Origin: an uncultured delta proteobacterium
GTDB taxonomy: Bacteria; Desulfobacterota; Desulfobacteria; Desulfobacterales; B30-G6
Direction: 5' to 3'
NCBI GenBank assembly: GCA_963823335.1
Contig: CAWGLD010000006.1
Span: 64,001 to 128,000 of the forward strand
DNA: 64,000 nt
This document shows, in pieces, positions 1 through 9,396 of this stretch; the stretch's first letter is position 1; each line of letters begins with the position of its first letter. The position numbers were made by a program, and so were the translations under genes. A model generated the notes under the pieces. That model worked only from the letters and a program-made list of their open reading frames with translations, was not told where the DNA came from and searched no databases.

Positions 1-609
1 ATTCTTTTCCTGGAAGCGGATGAAAATGTTCTTTTGCAACGCTATTCACAAACACGTAGACACCATCCGCTTGCCAGGGGTAAAAACCTCCTGGAGGGCG
101 TGCGGACAGAAGAGTTGTCTCTTGGCGGCTTGAAAAAAGAAGCTGACAGGGTTATCGACACGACCCAATTCACGGTCCATGAACTAAAATCGTGCATTTT
201 CAACATCGTAAAGGAAAATGCCGAGATCGCACCTATTAAAATCAATGTGCTTTCTTTCGGTTACAAATACGGCATCCCCCATCACGCGGATCTGATCATA
301 GACGTTCGTTTCCTGCCCAACCCGTATTTCATTACCGCTCTCCGGAAACTGGATGGTGAATCTGATCCGGTTAAAAAATACCTTTCCGGTAAATCAGATA
401 CTAAAGAATTTCTGAAAAAATACTTAGATCTGCTTGACTATTTGATCCCATTGTACGAAAAGGAGGGCAAAACGTATCTAACCATCGCTGTTGGGTGCAC
501 AGGAGGGCGGCATCGGTCCGTCTTCATAGCAAGAGAAATCTTTGATCATGTCAGGAAAAATGGCAGAGACGTCACTGTCAGCCATCAGGACATTGTACAG
601 AAAGATTAA
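1..609 (+). CDS. rapZ: RNase adapter RapZ (YvcJ/YhbJ P-loop family), 5'-truncated by the window edge
   Basis: Frame open from base 1 (ILFLEADENVLLQRYSQTRRHHP); SFGYKYG, DVRFLPNP and GCTGGRHRSV motifs. Confidence 0.95.
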   Translation: MLFLEADENVLLQRYSQTRRHHPLARGKNLLEGVRTEELSLGGLKKEADRVIDTTQFTVHELKSCIFNIVKENAEIAPIKINVLSFGYKYGIPHHADLIIDVRFLPNPYFITALRKLDGESDPVKKYLSGKSDTKEFLKKYLDLLDYLIPLYEKEGKTYLTIAVGCTGGRHRSVFIAREIFDHVRKNGRDVTVSHQDIVQKD

Positions 610-635
610 CCCAAACAGGCTTATCGGGATATATT

Positions 636-1049
636 ATGATCGGCATCGTTATCGTGACACACAGGCAGCTCGGAGATTCCCTCGTGGATGCTGCGCAGTT
701 TATTGTTGGTTCCAAACCAGAGTCGATTGTATCAATTTCAATTGATCTGAATGAAAACGTCGATGTGCTTAGAGATAAAATCGTAAAAGGAATCAAAAAG
801 GTCAAATCTGATGATGGTATCCTTATTCTGACTGACATGTTCGGTGGAACACCATCCAATTTAAGCTATTCTTTTCTTGAGGAAGGGCATATTGAAGTTC
901 TATCCGGTGTCAATCTACCCATTCTTATCAAAGCGATTAATTCTCGCCCCGATATGGAACTCACCAAGCTGACTGAGTGCCTCGAAATATATGGCAAAAA
1001 GAGTATATCTATGGCCAGCAGCATACTAAAGGGCAAGTCGCGCAATTAG
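636..1049 (+). CDS. PTS IIA component, mannose/fructose family
   Basis: MIGIVIVTH with phospho-His, LTDMFGGTPSN, GVNLP; usual position after rapZ. Confidence 0.92.
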   Translation: MIGIVIVTHRQLGDSLVDAAQFIVGSKPESIVSISIDLNENVDVLRDKIVKGIKKVKSDDGILILTDMFGGTPSNLSYSFLEEGHIEVLSGVNLPILIKAINSRPDMELTKLTECLEIYGKKSISMASSILKGKSRN

Positions 1050-1101
1050 CTACATTTAGTGACGCATTCTCGATATTAGAATACACCAACAGGAGGAAGA
1101 T

Positions 1102-2106
1102 ATGAGTATCAAAATAGGAATTAACGGGTTTGGTAGAATCGGGCGGCTGGTATTCAGGGCGGCATGGAAACATCCCGATGTAGAAGTCGTTGCCATCAAT
1201 GACTTGACGGACGCGGCTACCATGGCGCACCTGCTTACATATGATTCCGTACATGGCAAACTGGATCTTGACATCCGTGCCAAAGAAGACGCCATCGAAG
1301 TCGAGGGTCGATCCATCACATTTACATCCATAAAAGACCCTGAGCAGTTGAAGTGGAAGGAACTGGGTGTGGACGTCGCTGCTGAATGCACCGGTTTGTT
1401 CAGGGATCGGGAGAATGCCGGCAAGCACCTTACCGCAGGGGCGCGTAAAGTGATTATTTCCGCACCTGCCAAAGATCCTGACATTACCATCGTAATGGGA
1501 GTCAATTCCAGCAAGTATGACCCGAAACAGCATCACATTATCTCGAACGCCTCCTGTACGACCAACTGCCTCGCACCGGTAGCAAAGGTGCTTCTTGAAA
1601 ATTTTGGCTTGAAATCCGGGCTGATGACGACGATTCATGCCTATACCGGCGACCAGCGTCTTCTCGACTTTCCGCATAAAGACCTCCGGCGTGCAAGAGC
1701 GGCCTGCCTGTCCATGATCCCCACGACAACGGGTGCGGCCAAAGCCGTTTCCCTGGTGTTGCCGGAACTTAGCGGAAAGCTGAATGGACTTGCCATACGT
1801 GTGCCGACGCCCAATGTATCGATCGTAGACCTTGTGGCAACGATTGAAAAGACAGGTGTAACCACATCGGAAGTCAACCAGGCCTTGAAAACGGCGGCTG
1901 AGGGAGAACTGGCCGGTATTCTTGGGTATTCTGAACTACCTCTGGTTTCATCTGATTATAACGGCTCAAGCCTCTCTTCCATTGTGGATGCAGCAACAAC
2001 CTATGTGGTGGATGACATGGTGAAGGTGCTTTCCTGGTATGATAACGAGTCCGGGTATTCCCACCGCATGGTTGACCTGGCCGCTATGGTGGGCAGCATG
2101 CTGTAA
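1102..2106 (+). CDS. gap: Glyceraldehyde-3-phosphate dehydrogenase type I
   Basis: GINGFGRIGR, ASCTTNCL catalytic motif, WYDNE; AGGAGG RBS. Confidence 0.98.
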   Translation: MSIKIGINGFGRIGRLVFRAAWKHPDVEVVAINDLTDAATMAHLLTYDSVHGKLDLDIRAKEDAIEVEGRSITFTSIKDPEQLKWKELGVDVAAECTGLFRDRENAGKHLTAGARKVIISAPAKDPDITIVMGVNSSKYDPKQHHIISNASCTTNCLAPVAKVLLENFGLKSGLMTTIHAYTGDQRLLDFPHKDLRRARAACLSMIPTTTGAAKAVSLVLPELSGKLNGLAIRVPTPNVSIVDLVATIEKTGVTTSEVNQALKTAAEGELAGILGYSELPLVSSDYNGSSLSSIVDAATTYVVDDMVKVLSWYDNESGYSHRMVDLAAMVGSML

Positions 2107-2113
2107 CAAATTT

Positions 2114-2204
2114 AGGATTCGAGTGATACAAGGGTTCGAGGATGGCTGAGAGCTATAAGCGAACAGCAGCCTTCAAGCCTCCCAGGATCCTCGCTTCCCA
2201 GCAT
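2114..2204 (+). repeat. Composite octamer-array element, copy A
   Basis: AGGGTTCG-like units, GGCTGAGAGCTATAAGCGAACAGCAGC core, CCTCCCAG-like units; related copies at 25812, 44237, 50816. Confidence 0.7.
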
Positions 2205-2222
2205 TACAACAAGGAGTAATAA

Positions 2223-2978
2223 ATGAGTGCTCGTAGACCGCTTATCGCAGGCAACTGGAAGATGTATAAAACCTGTACCGAAGCAGTAGAGACAGCCAAG
2301 AAACTTAAAGGTCTCGTTAAAAGCGCTTCCGAGGTCGATATCATGATCGCACCCTCGTTCACATCGCTCTCCCAGGTATCGGAAGCCCTGTCCGGAAGTA
2401 ACATCCATGTGGGTGCTCAAAATCTTTCCTGGCATGCGGAAGGGGCTTTCACCGGCGACATATCGCCGTCCATGGTAGTGTCGACTGGCTGTGATCATGT
2501 TATACTGGGGCATTCCGAACGACGGCAGTACTTCCACGAGACTGATGAAACCGTGAACAAAAGGATCGTTGCCGCCATCAAACACCATCTGGTGCCGGTA
2601 TTCTGCGTTGGGGAAACCGAAACCGAGCGTGAAACGAACATTACCTTTTCTGTACTTGACAAACAGGTCACAACTGGTTTACAAGATATCGCTTTGGAAG
2701 ACTTGGCTACACTGGTGATTGCCTATGAACCTGTCTGGGCCATCGGCACCGGCAAGACCGCAACAATGGAACAGGCCCAGGAAGTTCACCAGTTTCTACG
2801 GTCCCTGCTTGAAAAAGCATATGGTTCAGAATTTGCGCAATCTGTCAGAATTCTATACGGCGGAAGCGTTAAACCGGGGAATATCGCTGAACTGATGTCC
2901 ATGCCGGATGTGGATGGAGGGCTCGTTGGGGGCGCTAGTCTGGATGCTGAAACCTTCAGTCAAATTGTTCTATTTTAA
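2223..2978 (+). CDS. tpiA: Triosephosphate isomerase
   Basis: AGNWKM, GHSERR, AYEPVWAIGTG, YGGSV, LVGGASL. Confidence 0.98.
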   Translation: MSARRPLIAGNWKMYKTCTEAVETAKKLKGLVKSASEVDIMIAPSFTSLSQVSEALSGSNIHVGAQNLSWHAEGAFTGDISPSMVVSTGCDHVILGHSERRQYFHETDETVNKRIVAAIKHHLVPVFCVGETETERETNITFSVLDKQVTTGLQDIALEDLATLVIAYEPVWAIGTGKTATMEQAQEVHQFLRSLLEKAYGSEFAQSVRILYGGSVKPGNIAELMSMPDVDGGLVGGASLDAETFSQIVLF

Positions 2979-3008
2979 CCTAAAACATAAAATGTAAAAC
3001 TAAAGAAA

Positions 3009-3368
3009 ATGTTATTATTCATTATTGTTATACACATTGTCGTGTGCATTGCACTTATTATGATTGTACTTCTGCAGACCGGTAAGGGCGCCGACATGGG
3101 CGCAGCATTTGGAGGAGGTTCAAGCCAGACGCTCTTTGGCAGCACGGGCGCGTCTACTTTTTTGAGTAAAGCCACCACGGCTGCAGCCATCTTGTTCATG
3201 TTGACATCGTTGATACTGGCGTATATGTCGGGGAACAAATCCGGCAAATCCATCGTTATGGATGCACCGGCCCCCATCGAACAGACACTACCGGCGCAGG
3301 AGACTGCACCGGTAGCACCAGTTCTGCCTGCCGATACAGCTTCGGGTGAACCGGCGAAAGCAGAGTAG
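3009..3368 (+). CDS. secG: Preprotein translocase subunit SecG
   Basis: Two TM segments, LLQTGKGADMGAAFGGG; tpiA-secG-tRNA-Leu synteny. Confidence 0.96.
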   Translation: MLLFIIVIHIVVCIALIMIVLLQTGKGADMGAAFGGGSSQTLFGSTGASTFLSKATTAAAILFMLTSLILAYMSGNKSGKSIVMDAPAPIEQTLPAQETAPVAPVLPADTASGEPAKAE

Positions 3369-3380
3369 AAAAGGGATTGT

Positions 3381-3466
3381 GCCGAAGTGGTGGAACTTGG
3401 TAGACACGCTATCTTGAGGGGGTAGTGGGGAGACCCGTGCCGGTTCAAGTCCGGCCTTCGGCACCA
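3381..3466 (+). tRNA. tRNA-Leu(GAG)
   Basis: GCCGAAG/CTTCGGC acceptor stem, anticodon arm CTATC-TTGAGGG-GGTAG, long variable arm, GGTTCAAGTCC T-loop, encoded CCA. Confidence 0.96.
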
Positions 3467-3476
3467 GCAATAATTT

Positions 3477-3508
3477 TAAAAGGTTATACACTATTGTATA
3501 ACCTTTTA
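3477..3508 (+). terminator. Perfect 14-bp hairpin after the tRNA, probable terminator
   Basis: TAAAAGGTTATACA-CTAT-TGTATAACCTTTTA. Confidence 0.6.
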
Positions 3509-3856
3509 CTTTATGAGAGAGTATCTTCCCGTAAGAGAATGGCTGAAACCCAATCCTCATGTGATGGTGTGGAACACCGGAATGATTCCCTATTGCCTCT
3601 TTATCTGAGATCTCTTTTTGTCCTTGAAAATTTATGTTTCTCCCAAATAAAACTTGAAATATTCCTATATGTAGTATAATTTTTTTACACCCTGTACTTC
3701 ATATAGGTCATTGCTTAATTTGCAAGAGGTTTAACATCGAGAAAACCATGAGAGACAAATATGGTTTTGCCAGTCCGCCTTACGGCCTATTAGAGATACA
3801 CACCGCAACAATGAGGAAATGGTTTGACAAAGCTACGTTAAGAATCAGGAGACAGC

Positions 3857-4189
3857 ATGGTTTCCCACAAGAAAAAACAGGTTTCAATATTTGACACAAT
3901 GGTTTTGACCGGAATAGGCCTTGGGATTATTTACTGGATAATCGAGACCATTTACGATGTCTTGACTGTTGATGGAGCCGGTTTTCTGGGAGGCCTGTTC
4001 GGAGGCGGGTTGTCCGGGATAGGAACACGGATTATCGTGATCTGTCTGTTCATAATTTTTGGAGCGCACGCCCAGTATAATATCAATAAGCGTAAGCAGG
4101 CAGAATCTGAATTAGCCGACCTCACATCCAAAATCGAAACTTTTAAAGCGGATACAGAAACTTCAAAAAAAAGAAGAAAAACGACCTGA
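3857..4189 (+). CDS. Small membrane protein (two TM helices plus charged tail); resembles a stand-alone sensor N-terminal module
   Basis: 110-aa ORF with AGGAG RBS and two hydrophobic stretches. Confidence 0.7.
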   Translation: MVSHKKKQVSIFDTMVLTGIGLGIIYWIIETIYDVLTVDGAGFLGGLFGGGLSGIGTRIIVICLFIIFGAHAQYNINKRKQAESELADLTSKIETFKADTETSKKRRKTT

Positions 4190-4416
4190 AATATGTGACA
4201 TAACCACCCTATTCTTCAAGCCAGTCCTTCGCAAACGCATTTATTGATTATCTACCGCAAGCATCCCAACTACCATCATCTAAGCATTGGACGTTTTACA
4301 ACCTGCTAGAAAAACTGACACATGCATCCTGTAATCCTTTTTACTTAATTGATAATATGCATTAATAATCACAGATAATTTAAATAGATACACTGCTTGA
4401 TCGATAATTATAAAAG

Positions 4417-4432
4417 TGGCCTCACTTTTGCA
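4417..4432 (+). promoter_or_regulatory. Sigma-54 (-24/-12) promoter
   Basis: TGGCCTCACTTTTGCA, GG-N10-GC, about 30 bp upstream of the 4461 start. Confidence 0.7.
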
Positions 4433-4460
4433 AATTATATTTTAAACAAGGAGGTGATTT

Positions 4461-4757
4461 ATGCAAAAGATCAAATCAAAACAAGAGATCAAAAAACGCA
4501 AGGCAGAATTTTCGATATATTCTGCCGATGCCAAAGAGGTGTACCTGATGGGGTCTTTCAACAATTGGAACCCAAGAAAACACCCCATGCATCAGAACCA
4601 TATGGGGATGTGGGAAAAGACCGTGATAATTCCTCCTGGTATCTATGAATATAAATTCCTGGTTGACGGTCAGTGGAAAATTGATCCCCAAAATTGTCTA
4701 ACCTGTATGAACGGCTTTGGGACCAAGAACAGCGTGCTCGATCTTACCCGGAAGTAA
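4461..4757 (+). CDS. Stand-alone glycogen-binding domain protein (CBM48 / AMPK-beta-like)
   Basis: VYLMGSFNNW, PGIYEYKFLVDGQWKIDP, NGFGTKNS; AGGAGG RBS. Confidence 0.9.
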   Translation: MQKIKSKQEIKKRKAEFSIYSADAKEVYLMGSFNNWNPRKHPMHQNHMGMWEKTVIIPPGIYEYKFLVDGQWKIDPQNCLTCMNGFGTKNSVLDLTRK

Positions 4758-4803
4758 AAAAAGCGCATACTGTCAGGATAGTTGAACCGAAAAAGCGATT
4801 GCT

Positions 4804-4851
4804 AACCCCGTAGGTTCTGCCATTCGGCAGTGCTTCGCATGCTACGGGGTT
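4804..4851 (-). repeat. REP-like palindromic repeat, long form
   Basis: Reverse complement closely matches 56338-56386 (AACCYCGYAGCATGCGAAGCA...CCGAAYGGCAGAACCTRCGRGG). Confidence 0.7.
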
Positions 4852-5029
4852 TGCGATCGAGTCTAAATTAGACAGAATTCCTTACGGTCGAAGTTTTCTC
4901 GTAGCTTGTGCTGCGAGGTTCTTCAAATATCATCAGGTTTCCATGTTACTTAGTATGAAAATAGAGATGTGTTTCATCTGACATTATTGGGCGATATTGA
5001 TGGAGCATTTATAGAAAAGGGGGCGTTAC

Positions 5030-5476
5030 ATGTATCAAAAGATTCTGGTTCCTCTGGATGGATCCAAACGGGCGGAAAAAATCCTGCCCCATGTTGAAAA
5101 TTTAGCGAGCCAATACCATTCTACAATTTTTCTGCTGACGGCCCTTGAGTATAATTTTAACTTTGGTATTGAAGGAACGTTTATCGAGACGGTTGAAAAA
5201 GAATTTGACCTAAAACAAGAAAAAGCAGAGTCTTACCTGAGTAGAATTGCTCGTAAATTAACTTCAAAAAATATAAATACTGAAACGCGATTGGCTTCAG
5301 GAAACGCGATCAGTTCCATCATTGAAGCAGCAAATATTTATAGCGTGGACCTTATCGCCATGGCGAGTCATGGTCGTGGGGCCCTTACACGGGTATTTTA
5401 TGGCAGTGTTGCCTCAGGGGTTTTGAACCGTGTGGATCGTCCCCTGCTGATTGTTCGATCCAGAAAATTACATTAG
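5030..5476 (+). CDS. Universal stress protein (UspA family)
   Basis: MYQKILVPLDGS, DLIAMASHGRG, GSVASGVL; the TAG stop is the first 3 nt of the MITE. Confidence 0.93.
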   Translation: MYQKILVPLDGSKRAEKILPHVENLASQYHSTIFLLTALEYNFNFGIEGTFIETVEKEFDLKQEKAESYLSRIARKLTSKNINTETRLASGNAISSIIEAANIYSVDLIAMASHGRGALTRVFYGSVASGVLNRVDRPLLIVRSRKLH

Positions 5477-5619
5477 AAGCCATCTCAAAAAAAGGGTTTT
5501 GGTTCAAGTTCAAGGCGGGCCCGAACTTCAACCCGCAGGCATACTCAAGTATTCCGAGGAGTTGAAGCAAGGGACCAACACAGAAATTGGGCTAAAAAAC
5601 TTGTTTGAGATAGCTTCTA
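5474..5619 (+). mobile_element. 146-bp MITE-like element, copy 1
   Basis: Terminal inverted repeats TAGAAGCCATCTCAAA / TTTGAGATAGCTTCTA; near-identical copies at 21680, 34763, 46557. Confidence 0.9.
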
Positions 5620-5919
5620 GTATTGACCCGTTGAAACGCAACAGAACATTATACAACTTGTCACCAATAAGCTCCGAACGGTATCATGACTAACGCACTA
5701 TTTTTTCATAACGGATGCCAGTCATGCTTTCCTATTTCGGAATTCTATAAAAACCTGCGCTCTTCCCCTCAGTTTTAACCTACAGGCCAGTCAAAGTCGT
5801 CGATCAAGTAATTTAATATCTCTCAGCTATGTAATATAATTCCTATTATGGAAACGTTTGTCGGAATAAATTATATTTAACTACCTGATATAGTAATTAA
5901 AGATGCGATATCTGTATTG

Positions 5920-5935
5920 CGGCATGATAATTGCT
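5920..5935 (+). promoter_or_regulatory. Sigma-54 promoter with an upstream IHF-like site (~5879-5891)
   Basis: CGGCATGATAATTGCT, GG-N10-GC; the reverse complement TATCAGGTAGTTA fits WATCARNNNNTTR. Confidence 0.7.
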
Positions 5936-5991
5936 ATACTATGTTTTTGATATGAATTAACAATACAAGAATGCTAAATGGGAAGGTTCTT

Positions 5992-6204
5992 ATGAAACAT
6001 TATTCAATTATTGTAATTTGGTCGGCGGTTTTCGCCCTGATCATGGTGTCCTCGGTTGCTGCGAGATATGTTTCCATTCCAGCCGAGACCTTAGTGGACA
6101 ATTTCATTAAAACCATGGAACCATCAAAAGAATTTATGTATTTTGCCTTTGTGGGTCTTATCTCCTGCCTGATTGGTACATTGATTAGACCTCGTCGAAA
6201 ATAA
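5992..6204 (+). CDS. Small secreted/membrane protein with a PEP-CTERM-like C-terminus
   Basis: Signal-like N-terminus; ends MEPSK, hydrophobic helix, RPRRK; sigma-54 promoter upstream. Confidence 0.55.
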   Translation: MKHYSIIVIWSAVFALIMVSSVAARYVSIPAETLVDNFIKTMEPSKEFMYFAFVGLISCLIGTLIRPRRK

Positions 6205-6284
6205 AATCATACCCCTTCCGACTCCGCTTACGTATCATATTCATTTGTACAATTAGTCAAGGACGTCCCCTATAGGGACTTTAT

Positions 6285-6300
6285 CGGCATAAAGATTGCC
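6285..6300 (+). promoter_or_regulatory. Sigma-54 promoter
   Basis: CGGCATAAAGATTGCC, GG-N10-GC. Confidence 0.6.
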
Positions 6301-6387
6301 CAATTCTTGGCAGTAATGAATTATCTTCTTGCACAGCCCTTATTGATTATATAGGCTAATGATCAAACCAATGAATTGGAGAAAAAA

Positions 6388-6570
6388 ATGGGCAGGGACA
6401 GACGCATAGATACAGACCGCAGAATGGAAAGAGATAGACGACTGGGTAACAGCCGTGATGGGTATAACGGCCCTGAAAGAAGAAGCGTCTATGATCGTAG
6501 AAGTTATAGCGAAAGAAGATATTTAAGACATATGTCTTCCAAGATTGATTTATTCCAAAGCGCATATTAG
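6388..6570 (+). CDS. 60-aa arginine-rich protein with six [DE]RR repeats and a YNGPERR motif
   Basis: GGAG RBS before ATG 6388; RDRR, TDRR, RDRR, YNGPERR, YDRR, SERR. Confidence 0.7.
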   Translation: MGRDRRIDTDRRMERDRRLGNSRDGYNGPERRSVYDRRSYSERRYLRHMSSKIDLFQSAY

Positions 6571-6674
6571 ACCATACTAATTTGAGAAGCATCCACAGGA
6601 TCTAATCGGCCCTGTTTTTTATGTCTGAACGACCTTTTTCATTTAGGTCCAACACCTGCTGACTAAGGAGCAAA

Positions 6675-7256
6675 ATGAAAAAAATCTATTTATTCCCCAT
6701 GATAGTGATAACGATTGTGTTTGCTCTGGCTTTATCAACACCTGCAATTGCTGACAATTTTAACAACACAATCGAGATCTTCAAAAAGTCTGAAGCGACA
6801 CAGCCATTTTTCAAGAGCGCGTACGGCTTTGCGGTTTTCCCGACAGTCGGAAAGGCCGGCATCGTTATCGGCGGTGCGTACGGCAAAGGTCAGGTATACC
6901 GTGAAGGCGATATTACCGGCGAAACCACTCTAATCAAGGCGACCATTGGTCTTCAACTTGGCGGTCAGGCCTTCAGCGAGATAATATTTTTTGAAGACAA
7001 ACGTGCCTATGACGATTATACCAGCGGGAATTTTGAGTTTGACGCTTCGGCTTCCGCTGTTGTGATCACCGCCGGGATTCAGGCAAAAGCTGGTACAGAG
7101 GGCGCGACTGCCGGTGCAAGCGCAGGTCCGGCAACTGGTACACAGGCTCAGACGAGCTATCATAAAGGCATGGCCGTATTCGTTCATATAAAAGGCGGTT
7201 TGATGTACGAGGCCAGTATTGGTGGCCAAAAATTTAATTTTACCGCCAAGGAATAA
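6675..7256 (+). CDS. Exported lipid-binding SYLF/YSC84 domain protein
   Basis: Signal peptide; AVFPTVGKAGIVIGGAYGKG, GLQLGGQ, KGGLMYEASIGGQKF. Confidence 0.9.
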   Translation: MKKIYLFPMIVITIVFALALSTPAIADNFNNTIEIFKKSEATQPFFKSAYGFAVFPTVGKAGIVIGGAYGKGQVYREGDITGETTLIKATIGLQLGGQAFSEIIFFEDKRAYDDYTSGNFEFDASASAVVITAGIQAKAGTEGATAGASAGPATGTQAQTSYHKGMAVFVHIKGGLMYEASIGGQKFNFTAKE

Positions 7257-7341
7257 GCGCGGGACCCTTCCACATTAATTCCTATATTCCCAACTTCTAA
7301 TACAAATATAGCTTGACAAACGTGTCGATCTTCCATAATTG

Positions 7342-7359
7342 TATGGTTGTATATACATT
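7342..7359. promoter_or_regulatory. Candidate HutC/GntR operator near a TTGACA -35 (7313-7318)
   Basis: TATGGTTGTATATACATT contains the palindrome TGTATATACA, typical of HutC-subfamily boxes; a UTRA GntR is encoded at 9397. Confidence 0.6.
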
Positions 7360-7425
7360 TATAACTCTATACGTTGTTGCACGGTCCGATAACAGTCAAA
7401 TTGCCGGACAAAAAGGAGGATGCAC

Positions 7426-9324
7426 ATGCAGTTTCCCTTTAATTTAGAGACATACACACCTGTCAAATTCGATCTTTCCCAAAAAGAGATGACCAACGAG
7501 CAAAAAGAGCAATTGAGTATAAATATACAATTAATTCGGGATAGTATCGTATTTTTTACGGCCTATGCCAACACAAAGGGTCTTGGTGGCCACACAGGCG
7601 GCGCATATGATATCGTTCCGGAGATACTGATCATTGACGGTTTCATGAAAAAGCACTCGTCCATATACCCTGTCTTTTTCGACGAGGCCGGACACCGGGT
7701 TGCTGCCCAATATCAGATGGCGGTATTAAATGGATACATGCCCATCGAATCGCTGTTTCATTATCGTGAATTTGAAAGCGGACTTTATGGCCACCCTGAA
7801 AGAGACGATGCCAAAGGTATCTTTTTTAGTTCGGGTCGTCTGGGACATCTCTGGAGTTATGTCAATGGCATTGCCACCGCCCATCCGGAAAAGACCGTTG
7901 TGATGTTCGGCAGTGATGGATCCCAGCAGGAAGGTGGAGACGCAGAAGCGGCACGGTATGCCGTAGCACAAAATCTTAATGTGAAACTACTCATCGATGA
8001 CAACGATGTGACAATCGCCGGCCACCCCAGCGAATATTTGAAGGGATTCAGCGTCGCGACCACCCTCAAAGGACACGGAATGCCGGTAGACACATGCGAC
8101 GGAGAAGATCTGGAAGCACTTTACAGGAACATCCGGAAACTGCTGTCCACCGAAGGCCCCATGGCCTTGGTCAACTATCGGAAAATGGGTGTTGGTATCA
8201 AGGGGATTGAAGGAACCCCCAAGGGTCATGATGTCATAGCTGTGGATCTGGCCATTGATTACCTCAAAGAAAAAGGACGAGATGCGGCCGTCATTATATT
8301 GGAAAATGCTACCAAAAAATCCGCTGCTCGAACATACCTTGGCAGTTCTACGGAAAAAGCGAAAAACCGGGATAATTTTGGTAAAATTATCTGCGATATC
8401 CTTCAAAATATACCCGACCGGAAATCGAAAGTACTGGTGGTGGACTCGGATCTTGAGGGATCATGCGGTCTACACCATATTCGCAAGACCTTTCCCGAAG
8501 TATATGTGCACGGCGGAATCATGGAAAGGAACAATTTTTCAGTGGCGGCCGGATTTGGTGCGACATCGGGAAAACAAGGCATTTTCGGTACGTTTTCAGC
8601 ATTCCTTGAAATGGTTGTTTCAGAAATAACCATGGCCCGTTTGAACAATGCCAACCTCCTGGCCCATTTTTCCCATGCGGGTGTGGACGATATGGCCGAC
8701 AATACCTGCCATTTCGGTATCAACAATTTCTTTGCCGACAATGGCTTGCAGGACAATGACACGACCCGTCTCTATTATCCGGCGGACTCTCATCAATTGA
8801 GGGCGCTTCTCACTAAAATCTTTGATGACGAAGGGCTGCGCTTCGTGTTTTCAACCCGATCTGCGGTTCCTTTTATACAAAACCAGGCAGGCCAGCCTCT
8901 TTTTGATGATGAATACCAATTTACTCCTGGAAAAGACGAGATCATTCGCGAAGGTGACCTGGGATATGTGGTTTCCTACGGTGAAATGCTCTACCGATGC
9001 CTGGATGCCGTGGATCGATTGCGGAAAGAAGGCATACGGGTCGGACTGATCAACAAACCGACCCTGAATGTGGTGGATGAGGAAATGATGACCCGCCTGG
9101 GTTCCGCAGGTTTTGTTCTGCTGGTGGAGACCCAAAACATCAAGTCGGGTTTAGGCGTCAGATTCGGCACATGGCTACTCGAAAGGGGCCACGCAACTAG
9201 GTATGCGCACCTGGGTGTTACACGGGAGGGTCATGGTGGCATCGTAGAACAGATTCCCTGTCAGGGACTCGACCCGGCCGACATCCTGAGCAAGATACGG
9301 TCTATGATTCAGAGTAAAGCGTAG
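7426..9324 (+). CDS. Single-chain transketolase-family TPP enzyme (divergent)
   Basis: GGHTGG, GHPE, SSGRLGH, TPP motif GSDGSQQEG...DDND, DSDLEGS, GIMERN; AGGAGG RBS favours ATG 7426. Confidence 0.85.
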   Translation: MQFPFNLETYTPVKFDLSQKEMTNEQKEQLSINIQLIRDSIVFFTAYANTKGLGGHTGGAYDIVPEILIIDGFMKKHSSIYPVFFDEAGHRVAAQYQMAVLNGYMPIESLFHYREFESGLYGHPERDDAKGIFFSSGRLGHLWSYVNGIATAHPEKTVVMFGSDGSQQEGGDAEAARYAVAQNLNVKLLIDDNDVTIAGHPSEYLKGFSVATTLKGHGMPVDTCDGEDLEALYRNIRKLLSTEGPMALVNYRKMGVGIKGIEGTPKGHDVIAVDLAIDYLKEKGRDAAVIILENATKKSAARTYLGSSTEKAKNRDNFGKIICDILQNIPDRKSKVLVVDSDLEGSCGLHHIRKTFPEVYVHGGIMERNNFSVAAGFGATSGKQGIFGTFSAFLEMVVSEITMARLNNANLLAHFSHAGVDDMADNTCHFGINNFFADNGLQDNDTTRLYYPADSHQLRALLTKIFDDEGLRFVFSTRSAVPFIQNQAGQPLFDDEYQFTPGKDEIIREGDLGYVVSYGEMLYRCLDAVDRLRKEGIRVGLINKPTLNVVDEEMMTRLGSAGFVLLVETQNIKSGLGVRFGTWLLERGHATRYAHLGVTREGHGGIVEQIPCQGLDPADILSKIRSMIQSKA

Positions 9325-9396
9325 TGCATCAATGGAACAAATGAAACCATGTCCGGGAACATCTGCCGTGTTTCCGGAAGTTGAAATGGACGAAAT

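Noticed and set aside
3381-7260. Prophage or integrative element at tRNA-Leu
   Set aside because: No integrase, phage genes or duplicated tRNA 3' end seen.
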